Positions 11,621-23,995 of a stretch of 64,000 nt of DNA are shown here, piece by piece (the first letter of the stretch is position 1; every line of letters begins with the position of its first letter). This stretch comes from Psammoneis japonica (lineage: Eukaryota). The stretch covers positions 225,100 through 289,099 of the forward strand of contig QPGO01000055.1 of the NCBI GenBank assembly GCA_008632985.1, written 5' to 3'. Made by a program: the position numbers and the translations under genes. Below the pieces are notes generated by a model. That model did no database searches. It was not told where the DNA came from and saw nothing but the letters and a program-made list of their open reading frames with translations.

Positions 11621-13629
11621 ATGAAATCCATCCGCTCTCTTCTCTCTTTGCAGCTGGTGCTTTGTAGCCTTTGCCGCTATGTCAATGCATCAGGCTCAGG
11701 CCCAGATCCCCGTTGCCACAGAACTGACACGTTTTCCGCAGCAGTCATGGTCATTCACGACGGAACTGCTCTTGGGAATGTAAGTGCCTTCTCGCTCCTT
11801 GTTGTGGGGCTTTCAACACCGCGAAATGGAGGCTGGCTCTTACGTTTTGCTGTTGTTGTGGCTGCTTTAGATTGGTACCCAAGAGTTCGAGCAACTTGGA
11901 AGGGATTTCGTGAAAGCTTGGGATATGTTGAATCTTCAATCGAGTGAATACTGTGATGCCAGCCACAACAGGCAGATCATGAATGTGACGATTACCGAGG
12001 AAGGCCAGGGTGAGACGCATGCTGAAAACTCTCAGCGTTGGGCGAGAAAGACATTCCTATACTCCATTGAAGGTAAATGCAATGGCAACTGCTCCGACTA
12101 CGAACTCTTTGCCCCGAACGAAACATACGTGCAACAGTCTACGCGCCATCTTAATGGCCAATATGACAACCCAAACATGTTCACGTCTTGCGACTGCGGA
12201 GGCAAGAAAAACCGAGGACCAACAGCCGAAGAGTTCTTGGATGTGTTTCAGAATAACATCGTGGGGTCAATTGTAGACGGAACAATCCATAAAGTGAAGA
12301 ATGTTTATGACATTATCGAGTACAGGCCGTTCCTGTGCAGTGACCAGGTACACTTTGACGACGACGAAGTTGAGTTGGAGTTTAACGAAACTATTCACCC
12401 GAGCGACATAACGGTCAGTTTGTTTGCAGTATTGTCTTACTTTTGATCCATCGCCTTACGAATCGATTAAACTAATATGTACGCATCTTCTGTTCTTGTT
12501 TGCAGGCCATCGAAGACGGATACGTGGACTCGTACAATACTTTGATCAAGTACTTTTGCCACACTTGTGACAGTCTCCTTATTGACGCAACACTCTCCCA
12601 TGAAATCCCGTTTTCGCTAAGGGCAAGGAGACTGCGCAAGCGCTTGTTGAGTACGAGAACGCGCAAGAGGGTGGCAACACTTGAGTCTGGGATGTTCGAT
12701 GATGCATCTGCCCGACGTCTCGTCGAATCTGAGCTGATGTATGTTGTCCATGTCCAAACTCGATACGGAATTAGGGAAAGAAATGCTACAGCTGCAGATC
12801 TTCGATTAATGGATGACAGAGGTAGGAAGTATGAGATCATCGAGACGTTTCATGTCGAAGCTGGTAGTCCAGAACAGATGTTCCTTGTCAATGTCAAAAC
12901 TCGATACGGAATTAAGACATTTGAGGCTACAGCTGCAGATCTACAAATAATGAAGGACAGAGGTAGGGAGTATGAGATCCTCAAGACCTATCATGTTGGA
13001 CCTACTAGTACAGAACCAATCTCCATCCAGCCCGAAACGAACACTGCTTCAGGAGGTGATGCCGAAAAGACCTCAATCCAGCCCGAAACGCACACTGTTT
13101 CAGCAGGTGATGCGGAAAAGACGTCATTGGCATCAGCGCCTGGTGTCGCCGAAAAGGAGGCAACCTCGATCCAGACCGAAACGAAGACTGTTTCAGAAGG
13201 TGATACCGAAAAGACGTCATTGGTATCAGCGACTGGTGTCGCCGAAAAGGAGGCAACCTCGATCCAGACCGAAACGAAGACTGTTTCAGAAGGTGATACC
13301 GAAAAGACGGCTTTGGTAACAGCGACAGGTGATGCCGAAAAGACGGCATCGGCTGGAGGCGCAGCCGTAGCCGGGCGGCTGGGGCAGCGTGCGCGTCGGC
13401 AGGAGGAGGCCCAGAACCGCCAATGGAATACACGTTCAACACCATCTGCTATTGTCCACGATATCCACGAGGTTACGGAATCCCCAGTGATGCGGATATT
13501 CATGATGCGTACCAAGAGATGCTGGCATATGAGGCTGCAAATGGCAAGCTGAGCCAGAATTATGGAGTTGAAAGTGTAGAAACCGACGGTGACGACAGTG
13601 ACGAAGGTGGCGGTGGAAGTAGTCGGTAA
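11621..13629 (+). CDS. Secreted protein of unknown function with internal repeats; 3 exons
   Basis: Signal-peptide-like start MKSIRSLLSLQLVLCSLC; phase-0 introns 11780-11870 and 12414-12505 join ORFs in frame; likely frameshift near 13380-13420 into ORF 13423-13629. Confidence 0.7.
13020..13345 (+). repeat. Coding tandem repeats (51-bp and 93-bp units; TSIQxETxTVSxGDxEKT)
   Basis: GCCGAAAAGGAGGCAACCTCGATCCAGACCGAAACG at 13148 and 13241. Confidence 0.85.
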
Positions 13630-15311
13630 ACCGCCAGGACCAGACAACGCATGTTAAGCGTTTTTGAATCAAGTGTAATTGAGCTTTATGTAACTTCTCA
13701 TTTTCACTAGAAAGTTTGCTGTGGAGTCTTCTCGCCGACGACTTTTGCAGCTAGCCTCGACACTGAGTCCAACTACTTTCCACGGTTGACTGATCCCACA
13801 TCTAACTGAAGTCATGACATGTCTCTCACTGTCATGTGAGGGCATTTCGCGAAGCGCAAATCTTTCATGTACGGTCTCTACGCCGCTGTTGTCTGTTAAG
13901 AGGGTAAGAGCATTAGTCTGTGGAGCGACTTTCATTGATTCGTGCTTTTCGCATCAACTTGAAAGACGGCAACCATGAGACAGTTTCTCAAGTAGGTCGT
14001 TTCGTCTCGTTAACTCTTTGTTTGACCATCAACAACATGACCCCAAATGGCACGTCGCCGTTGTGAAACTTGCCTGCCATGCCATGCTCATTTTTGCTGG
14101 AATGATCAGGCTTCATCACAAGTGCCACTCGCCCATCACGTTCCCTCCTGTTTTCTTCAACATTCCTTTGACTCTGCTGTGGGATGGCAGAACAGTCCAG
14201 GCTTCCCTGACTGCAAACTCTGCGTGCATGCAGCCCCATCCACCTCAACCAAAGCAACAAGGTCATGAGTTGTGCAGCTGTCCACCACTTGAGGGGATTT
14301 CTCATCTGCTGCATTAAATTTGCAAGTTCTCCTCCGCTTCCCACTGCCGCACCATCCAATCATCTGCTGGGACAAAGTGCAAAAGATGCACAAAAGAGTG
14401 AAAGCCACAGCAGGTGCATGCTGCACATGACCAGAGTGCAATGAACAATGCCGTCCATTGTCATCTTTCACAACTCACAACCTGATTGACATCTTTTGCA
14501 TGTCAGCACACCTGCAGTCTCATCCAAGGAACTGACAGTCTGTGGCAGTGCCTCATTTTCAACTGGAGTGGCTGCTGCAATCAAGTTGTTGGCAATGGAT
14601 CCACAGAGTGATGTGGAAGAGGCGATCAATTTGCCACAGTTGGAATCTGGGAAACCAGCAACACATGGCAAACACATGGCAACAAAATGAACAGGATGAC
14701 CATGCCCAGTGCAGCAAATTGGTTTTGTTCAAGTGCAACAGGGAGACGGTCACTCCAGTGCAGGAGATGAGTGTCAACAGGTTCCTCATGCATTTGGAGT
14801 GGACGTCAGCAGAGCTGGACTCCGCAGAAGAAAAAATTGCCCCAGCTTGCTCCCTGTTCACACTTTTCAGCTGGCGCAGGTCTTCTCTTGGTTGTCCATC
14901 CAGAAATTCTTGAGGTTCTTCCCAATGTTGCAGCAAGAACAGTTGGAAACAATCGCCCAGCTGACCCCATGTGCGTGACAGCTCTGCTCGCATCTTGCAA
15001 GTCATGTCTTGCTGATCTCTTTGCCCTGCCAGAGAAAAAGAAGAGAGCCGCTTGCCTCCCAACATGCTGCTGGAGCTGTGTTCAACCAAAACCGGCTTGT
15101 TGGCAGAACATTGGAGATCACCATGTCCAACTGCAGCGCGCCTCTCTCTCAAGGCTTGAGTGTTCCTCCATTCCTGCTGTCATGATTGACCTCTCTCCAA
15201 ACTTGCCATGGCTTTTGACTGCAGTGCAAGGCATTGCTGCAGGAGCAAATGGGGGGGGGGCACTTGGCAGCATCAATGGCCGATGAGAGAATGCTGCCAA
15301 GCAGACGTGAA

Positions 15312-16544
15312 GATGCATTTTCAGAAGCAGGTGGGAATCCAGGTGACATGCTGGGCCTGCGGAATTCTGCATGCAAGCTCTGCAGCAAAATTGTTGGGTG
15401 ATGAACACAGGCCTGTTCCAGCTCCAGGTGATCTGCTTTTCATTGCGTGAGAGGCCGATTTTCTGCGCAGTTTGGCGCAATCAACTCCTTCAATTTTGAT
15501 CATTTCAAAAATCGAAAGGTGAGTGCACACCCGAAAATGCATGTAAAGTGTGCACTTGCCCTTCGATTTGGCAAAAAATGGATTTGGAAAAAAGCCAATT
15601 GCACCAAATGCACAAATTTCCAAATGATGGGAATCGAACCCGCGCGGAGCACCTGGAGCTGGAACAGGCCCACATCAATGATCGCCAACAGAACATGAGG
15701 CAATTTTGTGAATGCACAAACTCATCCACAATTGAAGCACATCATTTTTTGCTTGGCCAGGAGCATTCTTCAGACATTGAAGAATGTGCCTGGCATGCGC
15801 TGATGGTCTTGCAATTTCGACATGCTCCAGCCCCAGGTGACGCACAAAACAACAATCGACTTTGAACACAATTCATGCATCTTTTAGTGCATGCAGCATT
15901 TTCACATAAAATGCTTGGACAGATTGACTTTTGTGGGCTTCTAGAGTGTGCACATTTAAATGGTTTTTTGAGGGGTGTTCAAGTCCTCATGGGACCTGTG
16001 TCACAAACTTCCTCAGCAGACTCAGCGCTGATTGTGCATCAGCAGAGTTGTGCTGAGATTTCTTTGCAGGTGGAAAACCCACCAAGCAGCATCGTAGAAA
16101 GATGTGTTTGGGTGACATTCAAATGATGGCAACATTTTTGCCGAAAATCATCCATTGTGTCACGAATCTTTTGACGCAATGAAAAACACAGATGGCACAG
16201 TGACAATGATGTTGCAGCACTCACACGAGTCTTGTCAGTGTTGCAAAACATTTGTGTTTGTGTGAATCCATGCTTTTGGTGGTGAAAGATCAATTGCAAG
16301 TTGGGGCCATGCAAAAATTGCACAAATGTCGTTTTTGTGCACGATTTGGTTCACGTGCGGCTGGAGCACGTCTTTCGTTCAACAAAACATCTGGGGTTTT
16401 GCAAAACAGCAAGCCTGGCAGAACAGTTTTTTGGAAGATCACACATCATGGAAACACATGTGTGAAACATGCAATGGATGATAAAAAAACAATTGTGTCA
16501 CATGTCAGCACTGCAAGCTCCCACCCAGAGCTGGGGAACGCATC
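15312..16544. mobile_element. Degenerate ~1.2-kb TIR element, same family as the MITE at 55935-56330
   Basis: Shared blocks (GCAGGTGGGAATCC..., TCAATGATCGCCAACAGAA..., GTCAGCACT...GCTCCCACC); decayed termini; internal copies of GTTCCAGCTCCAGGTG. Confidence 0.7.
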
Positions 16545-16809
16545 TGAGGGTGCGAGATGCTAAAAAACAAAGCCCGCTGCAATCTGTTGCAGCTGATGCA
16601 AAATCGGGCAGTGTCAGCTGCAAGCCACAGCATGAGACAATGACAAAGCAAGTTGCTTTGTCCTCCTTGAATGAACCACCTGTTCATGTCATCTGATTCA
16701 AACTCAACTGTGCAAGAACAACAGCACAGCCCAACAGCAGCAGCGTCGACAATGATGACAGACAAGCAACAAAACAGTGACGACAAAGCACAAACAACAA
16801 ACAACAAAC

Positions 16810-17019
16810 TGGGGGAAGTCTCCAGCCAGTTGCTGGCTGAAAAAAAGTCTGCCATCAACACATCAGGGGGTTTTGCCAGCGCAATTTTGTGTGTGCAAAA
16901 GACGATGAGTCTGTCCAGCGTTCACCAAAACACCCCAACACACAGATTGACAGATGACTCTTTCAATGCAAATTCCACACAAGATTCTTCAGCCAGCAGC
17001 TGGCTGGAGACTTCCCCCA
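16810..17019. mobile_element. ~210-bp MITE
   Basis: TGGGGGAAGTCTCCAGCCAGTTGCTGGCTGAA vs TTCAGCCAGCAGCTGGCTGGAGACTTCCCCCA inverted repeat; flanked by AAAC on both sides. Confidence 0.7.
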
Positions 17020-17557
17020 AAACTGGGTGCCGCCACTTGCAACGCACAACGAGAATCCCAGTGGCGGTCTGTCAGGTCTCCATTGGGAATCAGGAATCCA
17101 TGGCGGCTTGGAGGGAAAACCCCTTGTACAAGTCCTGCCGGTACACACGTCTACGCAATTTTGAAATTTTGATTGCGATGGACAGACTGCATTTGCCCTG
17201 CCTCTTCTTTTCCCGCACGAAAGTGACACGCACTGGTGTCAATCTTGTGAAGTCGCAAATCTGCATGCATTGCACCAATCAGAATGGCGGAAACATCTGA
17301 ACACGAATGACGCAAAATGTGAGGCGATCTATTTAGGGGTTCCGGAAGCAACTGCATCGTCATGTGTTTAAGTACGCTGTTTTTACTCATAAATAACTCT
17401 GTTTAGTGTGACACGATGACGTAAAACAATCCTTTGTCCGTGTCACTTTTTCTGTTGTCGTGAACAGCTGCCTCCACTGATTCTCGTTATCGTTGTATCC
17501 AGAGTTTCTTTCGCATTCTCACCAAAGAAGGGAGTGTGTTTCTATTGTAAATGTAAA

Positions 17558-18308
17558 ATGCCGTCTTTTCCTTTGACAAATCTATCGCATCCTCGCACAG
17601 GCAAGAGAGGCGTGCCTCAGCAGTTTCCGCGAAAGCTCTTTGAGATGTTGGAAAGCGAATCTGAGCTGGCCCAATCGTCTCCGGATTATGAAGAGATCAT
17701 TGCGTGGTCAGAATCGGGCAATGCTTTCGCCATTATCGATCCAGCTCTATTTTCTTCCCACATTCTTCCCAAGTACTTTCGTACCAATAAGTTTAGCTCT
17801 TTTCAGAGGAATCTCAACCTTGTAAGTGTACAGCACTGCCCGAGTGTGTGGCAAGATTTCTTTGGAATTCACACCACTTTTCGCTAATTTCTGTCGTTGT
17901 TGCTGATCGTTGCAGTATGGCTTTTCTAAAGTTCGCCACGGACCCGATGCAGCCATGTATTATCATCCATTGTTCTCAAGAGGTCATCCCGAGACGCTTC
18001 TTCTGCTTCGAAAGTGCAAAAACGGTGGAAACAAGGCAACCGTTTCACTGGCACCGCTACAGCAACGAAAGAATTTCGTTCACCCCGTGTCGCCTTCTCC
18101 TCCGTCTTCGCCAGTTTCAATAACTCAAGTCCCATTGAAATCGTTGGTATCATCCTTTTGGGCTTCGGAGCAGAACCAACAGCTCGCTCCTCGTCCAATG
18201 AACAATGTTCATCCGACCGACAATGCGACATCTTCTATCGGAGGAAACAAGCTTTCGCTCCTAGCCCTTGCCATGATCTCGGTCGAAGCGGCACAGCTAC
18301 CCTCTTAA
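17558..18308 (+). CDS. Heat shock factor (HSF) DNA-binding domain transcription factor
   Basis: FPRKLFEML...IIAWSESGNAF...LPKYFRTNKFSSFQRNLNL|YGF; intron 17822-17915. Confidence 0.92.
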
Positions 18309-19285
18309 CCATTTTGCCTTTTCTCAACCTTGTAAATAAGCTTTGTGCTTTGCAAGGATCCACTGGTCCTCTGTACATAAATTTTGCAAGCACACAAGAA
18401 CAACCACATACAGCAACATACATCATCTCTTTGCTACGTTCCCATCATCTCAACGCTAAGGAACGCAATCTGTCAATATTGATACATACATTTCCATACA
18501 GACGCAGCTATTTCTAAAACATGTAAACTAATTTTTCTAGAAACATAGCCTGCTAGAAGCTGCAATCTCTTCTGTTCGATCAGTGTTCGATCTCAGTTTA
18601 CTGCAATCTGCCTAGATCAAAACTAGGCCGCTATCTCTACTGCGAGATTTGAATCTGGCCTCTACCGTAACTAGTTGTACCAAAACGAATTAACCACCAA
18701 ACTGGCCGTCTCTTCTTCATTCTTAAAGAACAAATGACGGCTTCTAAATCTGTTAACTTGAAAACATGAGCACTGAAACTTGATGCAAGCCATGGGATTG
18801 AGTATCACGCTTCTCTCGACTCTCTAGCTAGTAGCAGGGCCCTCTACTAGAGTAGCTAGAGACAAGGATTTGAGTAGAGAGCTCTACTCTCGAGTACTCT
18901 ACTCTCGAGTACATGTAGAGTAGAGAGTACGAAGCGAGCATACAGTAGTCGGCGTTTGCTGGCCACGATCATTTCGAGCCGTTGAGCGACACGACGCGCA
19001 TAAAAATTTGGCGGGAGAAGCTTCGCGTGAATGAAAGCCGTTAACTTTTCAAATGGATGACATAATGTATCGCACAAAAAGAGCTTCATGCGATGCCACT
19101 AATCCAGTCTTGTGAAGCCATCTCCGTGCGTTTGAAATCAAAAATTTAAAGCTGCCATCTTCCCGCCACTATCGATCACATCCGTGTCCACTCTTGCCAC
19201 ATTTCTTCTCCTACGTCAAACCGAGCCTTTCAATGCACTCATTTTTTGACTAGGTCTACTGAGTGAAAGGAGGAGAGGTGAAACC

Positions 19286-20401
19286 ATGGTGATTGCGACT
19301 GTACGCAATGATGATTCGGTACAGGAAAAGAACTCTTGTGACAAGACCACAACAAATCGACTCGCGCCGGGGCTGCAAGGCGTCTCGTTTGCCGACATTG
19401 AATCGCCCATTGGGGCGGGCTTGCAAGAGGCACAAGACGACGAATTTTTCTCAATACACCGAGTTCACTTTTCGTGGTTTGCCTACGGTAGAGTCTTGAC
19501 GATCCTCGCCATTGCTTCGTCGGTTGCTGGCTTTGCGCTATCCTTCCTCGCAATTAGTAGCTACGAATTTGTGCAATTGAGGGATCCAATCATTCTTGCC
19601 GATACTCAAAATATATCTTCCGTCGGATTGATGTGGATGCGTGTGTGCTTTATTGAGGAAGGAAGAAGTTATGATGCGTCAGGTTCACCTACATCGGAAG
19701 CTGTTCAACAGATCTCCGATCACGTGGATCTTGCACACGAAGATTCGGACGATGTCCACCGCAGACTCCAACAGTTGGAGAAGGGTGTTCATGCTGATGG
19801 AGAGTGCACAACTGTTAAATTGTCGAGTGAAATTATGGATGATCCCAAATGGACCGCCGCAAGATGTTTTTCCGCAGCTGCAATAGCATTGGGAGGATTC
19901 TTGACGTTGTTTCTGAGCACGTCAATCTATTGGGAAAGCATCAACCTCAGGCCAGTATACATTGGACTTATTTCGACCTATCTGTTCCAATCAATATCCT
20001 TTCTCTTTTATGATTCCAACCTTTGTCGAGGCCTCGGCTGTGGTGTAAACACGGGAACCTTTTTCAGCATTATTGCCAGCGCCCTGTGGTGCTTGAGTGC
20101 TTTGCTGACCATTCGCATGGATATAGTCTACCGAGCAAGGCAGAGACAGCTTGAAACAGAAATCGCAAGGAGATACAAGGCGAGGGCACTGAAACGAGGA
20201 CAAACTTTGGAAACTCTAGCTTCTTCTTCGAGTGATGATGCGGACGTATTCATGTCGGCTTCAAGTCGAGAATGGGAGTGGGAGGGAGATCCTGAATCGG
20301 AAGCATCAGGTCAAGAAAACGACGAACACGACGGGGATACGGATAGCGCAAGTGTCTCGTTGTCTTCGGAATATTCAAGCGGCAATGAGGCAAGTGTGTG
20401 A
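19286..20401 (+). CDS. Four-transmembrane membrane protein, unknown function
   Basis: 371-aa ORF, four hydrophobic segments with Cys-containing loops, acidic C-terminal tail. Confidence 0.75.
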   Translation: MVIATVRNDDSVQEKNSCDKTTTNRLAPGLQGVSFADIESPIGAGLQEAQDDEFFSIHRVHFSWFAYGRVLTILAIASSVAGFALSFLAISSYEFVQLRDPIILADTQNISSVGLMWMRVCFIEEGRSYDASGSPTSEAVQQISDHVDLAHEDSDDVHRRLQQLEKGVHADGECTTVKLSSEIMDDPKWTAARCFSAAAIALGGFLTLFLSTSIYWESINLRPVYIGLISTYLFQSISFLFYDSNLCRGLGCGVNTGTFFSIIASALWCLSALLTIRMDIVYRARQRQLETEIARRYKARALKRGQTLETLASSSSDDADVFMSASSREWEWEGDPESEASGQENDEHDGDTDSASVSLSSEYSSGNEASV

Positions 20402-20671
20402 AAGCTATACCGACGTTCACTATCAACACTACCCACCACCAGAGTTGAGAGTGGCAATAACAAAAAAATATTGCTCATCAAAACAAATTTCAGACTCGAT
20501 ATCGACGGGCACGACGAGGGGGGGACGGACAAAGAAAGAGTCTCGTCGTCTCCGGAATATGCAAGCAGCAACGAGGAGAGTGCGTGAACGAAAGTAATGC
20601 TTGTACCTATCATCGTCATCAACACTTCCACTATACAGAAAAAAACTATAAAAGTGCATCATGATTTCAAC

Positions 20672-22252
20672 TTAAACGTATTCTCCTTGCATGTGTCGTA
20701 TCAGCGTGGGTGTCGCGAGAAAGGTGACGCAGAGAACTAGCTTTCCAGGCGCAACATCACGTATTTCTCTTGCGTGGACTTTGCATCCCAATTCGTTCAG
20801 TTCTTCTTTTCGATTCGGTGTCGGTTCACGGCCTTGTGGTAGCAAATAGTGAGCTACCAAATCAATGGCAACATTTGCCGACGACCGATCTTTGGTGGCG
20901 CGAGCAAACGTATAAACGTGAAATTTAGGAACAACCTCATTGTTGCCGCGTCTTGCTGGCCACCATCGCAAGGCTGAAAGAAACTTTGGGGCCTCTAGGG
21001 GATAATTCATTACGACATGATGCGGCAACTGCTGGTTCTGCTGCTCCTGTTCGTTTTGGAGCAATCCAATGTCGATCAAAAAGTCATACGAATCGCTGCA
21101 GGACACCTTGAATCGATTCTTTTTGCCCAAACTGTTGCTCTCGATATTCTTCTTTAGATATTCAACAGCATATGGATTCCAATCATTCGCCCAAATAGAA
21201 CAGTCCATACGCTTGACGGCCAAGAGACAGAGAGCACCAACTCCACAAAAGACATCGGCGACAAGCTGTTTCGGCATGAATTCGTTCTGCACCATGTACA
21301 ATCGTTCGCCCGATAAACGTGTGTTCCAATAAACTTTGGAAATATCTAACTGGATCTTGATACCATGTTCTGTCAGAACAAGGTTTTCGGGCATGGTTCC
21401 CGCCAATACTTCCATATCAAAGGTTCTATGCGGTCCCGAGACATTGCCGACCTTGTTGACGATCGTTTCAATTCCTTGCGGCCGCAACGATTCAAACAAC
21501 ACACTGCCAATCAATTTCTGAAACGGTAAGTGATGCGATTTCAGATTTAAGTGAATCAAAGGACCGACTTGCTCATAAGAATTCGGCGGAGGATGAACCT
21601 CGGGAGGCAACAGCTTTTCGAGAAGATACTGCCACGTCCATCTTGAATACGGTATAGACATTTCAAAGACAGGTCCCTCTCTTATACCCATTTCATCCAG
21701 TCGATCTCTGATCTCGTCAGAATCAGAGTGCTCGATGGATGGATTTCTCAAAATCAATACACAGCCCTCCTCGGAATTCGATTGCACAACTTTAATGCGT
21801 GGATGAACAAACTGCAAATCATGAAAAGACGAAGCCAGCGCCAGTTGAAATTCTTCATCTTTCAGAATAGCTTGACAGTGCTTTGACGGAACGATCCAAG
21901 TAGGAAAAAGAATGGTAGGATTTATCAATGGGTCCTCTCTCCAATCTCTCTCGCCGCTTTCTGTAGTGGGATCAGTCGTCGTGCTGACTACCGAAAATGT
22001 TCGTTTTGTGCTGCTGGTACTGTTACTATCTTGACATATCTCTATTGGTGTTGCTGTTGATGTCAATACGTTGAAATGCCGCCGTCGTCTTGTTATCCAT
22101 TGATTGTGCTGGAGGCCTTTTTTGCTGATGCATCCGCCGCATACTCTTCTTGAACTGGCAGAAAAGCATGTCACAAGCACTCGTCGACCTTGCATTGCAA
22201 TCATTTCCAACAATAAGCATAATAAAACGGTATGCTGTTGAATTAGTCTCAT
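20672..22252 (-). CDS. TRM5: tRNA (guanine37-N1)-methyltransferase Trm5/Met-10+ family, probable organellar targeting peptide
   Basis: YEQVGPLIHLNL, VYWNTRLSGER, DVFCGVG, ANDWNP, HHVVMNYP motifs; hydrophobic N-terminus followed by FSASSRR. Confidence 0.88.
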   Translation of the reverse strand: MRLIQQHTVLLCLLLEMIAMQGRRVLVTCFSASSRRVCGGCISKKGLQHNQWITRRRRHFNVLTSTATPIEICQDSNSTSSTKRTFSVVSTTTDPTTESGERDWREDPLINPTILFPTWIVPSKHCQAILKDEEFQLALASSFHDLQFVHPRIKVVQSNSEEGCVLILRNPSIEHSDSDEIRDRLDEMGIREGPVFEMSIPYSRWTWQYLLEKLLPPEVHPPPNSYEQVGPLIHLNLKSHHLPFQKLIGSVLFESLRPQGIETIVNKVGNVSGPHRTFDMEVLAGTMPENLVLTEHGIKIQLDISKVYWNTRLSGERLYMVQNEFMPKQLVADVFCGVGALCLLAVKRMDCSIWANDWNPYAVEYLKKNIESNSLGKKNRFKVSCSDSYDFLIDIGLLQNEQEQQNQQLPHHVVMNYPLEAPKFLSALRWWPARRGNNEVVPKFHVYTFARATKDRSSANVAIDLVAHYLLPQGREPTPNRKEELNELGCKVHAREIRDVAPGKLVLCVTFLATPTLIRHMQGEYV

Positions 22253-22664
22253 AGGATGAGTTTCAGAGGATTTTGCGGTTGTACGATGTAAGCTATTCGT
22301 CGTGATCTGTTGTGTTGTTGTGTTACCGGTAGGGCCCTACCGGTATGATCTGTTGTGCGGTCTGTGGTTGGCGGTCGGCGGTCAGGAAAATCTGATGGAT
22401 GATGGGTAGGGTTAACCCACTTTCCAGGTTACCACGAACTAGATAGTAGATTGAGAATGCAAGCAGTGGCCGGATCACCTTATTCACTGTTAGTGTTACT
22501 CAGCGACCTGAGAACTAGTAGAGCTGACCCTATTATGAAAATACCGTTGTCTATTTCAATTATGAATCTCTTTTAGCGGAGCAAAGGTCACACTCACACT
22601 ACTGCTCCAATCCGGTTTCGTTCACAGCACACGCAACATGTATAGCATCTCTTCAATCACCTCC

Positions 22665-23522
22665 CTACTTGCTTTCCAATAAATGAAGGCCCAAAACTGA
22701 ATCTTGACTAGCCGAGGCGATGCTCGAGAAAGACCTCCGCGAATCGTTTACGCCAAAGTCAAGTTGGTCCTCAACGAGAGAATCGTCGTCACTAAAGTAG
22801 GCCTTGTCTTCAAAGTTGTGTTCTTCAATCACAGGAAGAAGATTTTGTTTCGTTTCTTGCTCATCAAAAGGGGTTTCCTCTTCTAATCCGTTTTCACGTG
22901 GATCGAATCCTCCGCCACTTGTCGGAACCGCAATGCAGCTTCGAGGCGCCGACAAAGTCGTTCCTTGTTCTTGTACAACATTGTTCTGCACAACCTTGTT
23001 ATTCTCTTCCCCAAGATTTTTCTCGCCCTCATCAAAAGGAACTTCGTCAAAAGGAATGTCATCATCCTCAACAATCGGAGGAGAAAAAATTGATGTACCA
23101 ACTTGCGTGTCACCGTACACACTACTGCCGACATATTCATCGCAAGAGGAAAAATCGTTCGAGAGTTCATGTGACTCCAGCGAAACAAAATCAAAAAGTG
23201 CAGGCAACGCTTTATCCCGCATCCTGTTTATTACAGAATCGTCCCAACGCACGCGACGCGGCACAACATCTTCCTCTCCGGACGAAACATCCGTCTCTGA
23301 CGTATCACTCACTTCGCATCCAGGCGGACCTCCGTTGGCAATGAAGCATTCTAGCCCTTTGCTTCCCGGTTCCATCAACACTTTAACCGGGATGTGTAGG
23401 TGCGCGTCCCATGGATGAGATTTTCTTCCGCACCGTCTCGAGTCCGTAACTGCTGGCACCTCGCCACCGTCATCACTGGCGGGGTTTCCCTCAGAGGAGG
23501 AGGACTCGCACTGTTCCCCCAT
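22665..23522 (-). CDS. Acidic low-complexity hypothetical protein
   Basis: 285-aa ORF in normal-composition DNA; RRVRW motif, repeated PFDE. Confidence 0.6.
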   Translation of the reverse strand: MGEQCESSSSEGNPASDDGGEVPAVTDSRRCGRKSHPWDAHLHIPVKVLMEPGSKGLECFIANGGPPGCEVSDTSETDVSSGEEDVVPRRVRWDDSVINRMRDKALPALFDFVSLESHELSNDFSSCDEYVGSSVYGDTQVGTSIFSPPIVEDDDIPFDEVPFDEGEKNLGEENNKVVQNNVVQEQGTTLSAPRSCIAVPTSGGGFDPRENGLEEETPFDEQETKQNLLPVIEEHNFEDKAYFSDDDSLVEDQLDFGVNDSRRSFSSIASASQDSVLGLHLLESK

Positions 23523-23995
23523 GAATGGCGCACTGCCTTTCTCTGTTTGAATTTTTCCCGATGAGCGTCGTAAGAGCCAGAGACGTAATAGTTCTCGTGA
23601 AGCGACCCATCACATTTGCGGCGACAAGACTCCCTCGTCTGATTCATTTTGTGACTGATTTGCAGTCTTGTCGAAATTACGATTTCGTTCTGTCGGTGTA
23701 CTTCATCCATGAATAATTTGAATGCTCTAATTGAACGATATTACTGTATGTCCTCTAATATCAGTATTAAAAAATTAGAATGATGACGTCATTCATGTAT
23801 ACAAATCTGAAGATCCCAAAACATGCTTACACGACCAACCGTCCGATCAGTCATGCGAAAGGAAACACAAGAGAAAATTTGAAATTCCAGCGCCACAAAA
23901 TATGCCAATAACACGATCGATCAGAACCCACCGTTGCATGCTGCTCAGCCGACTCCCTCACAACTATCATTTCTCTTCTAAAAGCAAATCCAACA

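Larger units (their letters stand above)
14010..17310. repeat. TpA-depleted degenerate domain containing nested non-autonomous elements
   Basis: TA nearly absent, TG/CA excess; no recognisable intact protein. Confidence 0.7.

Noticed and set aside
12991..13647. 218-aa minus-strand ORF
   Set aside because: Antisense to the repeat region of the plus-strand secreted protein.
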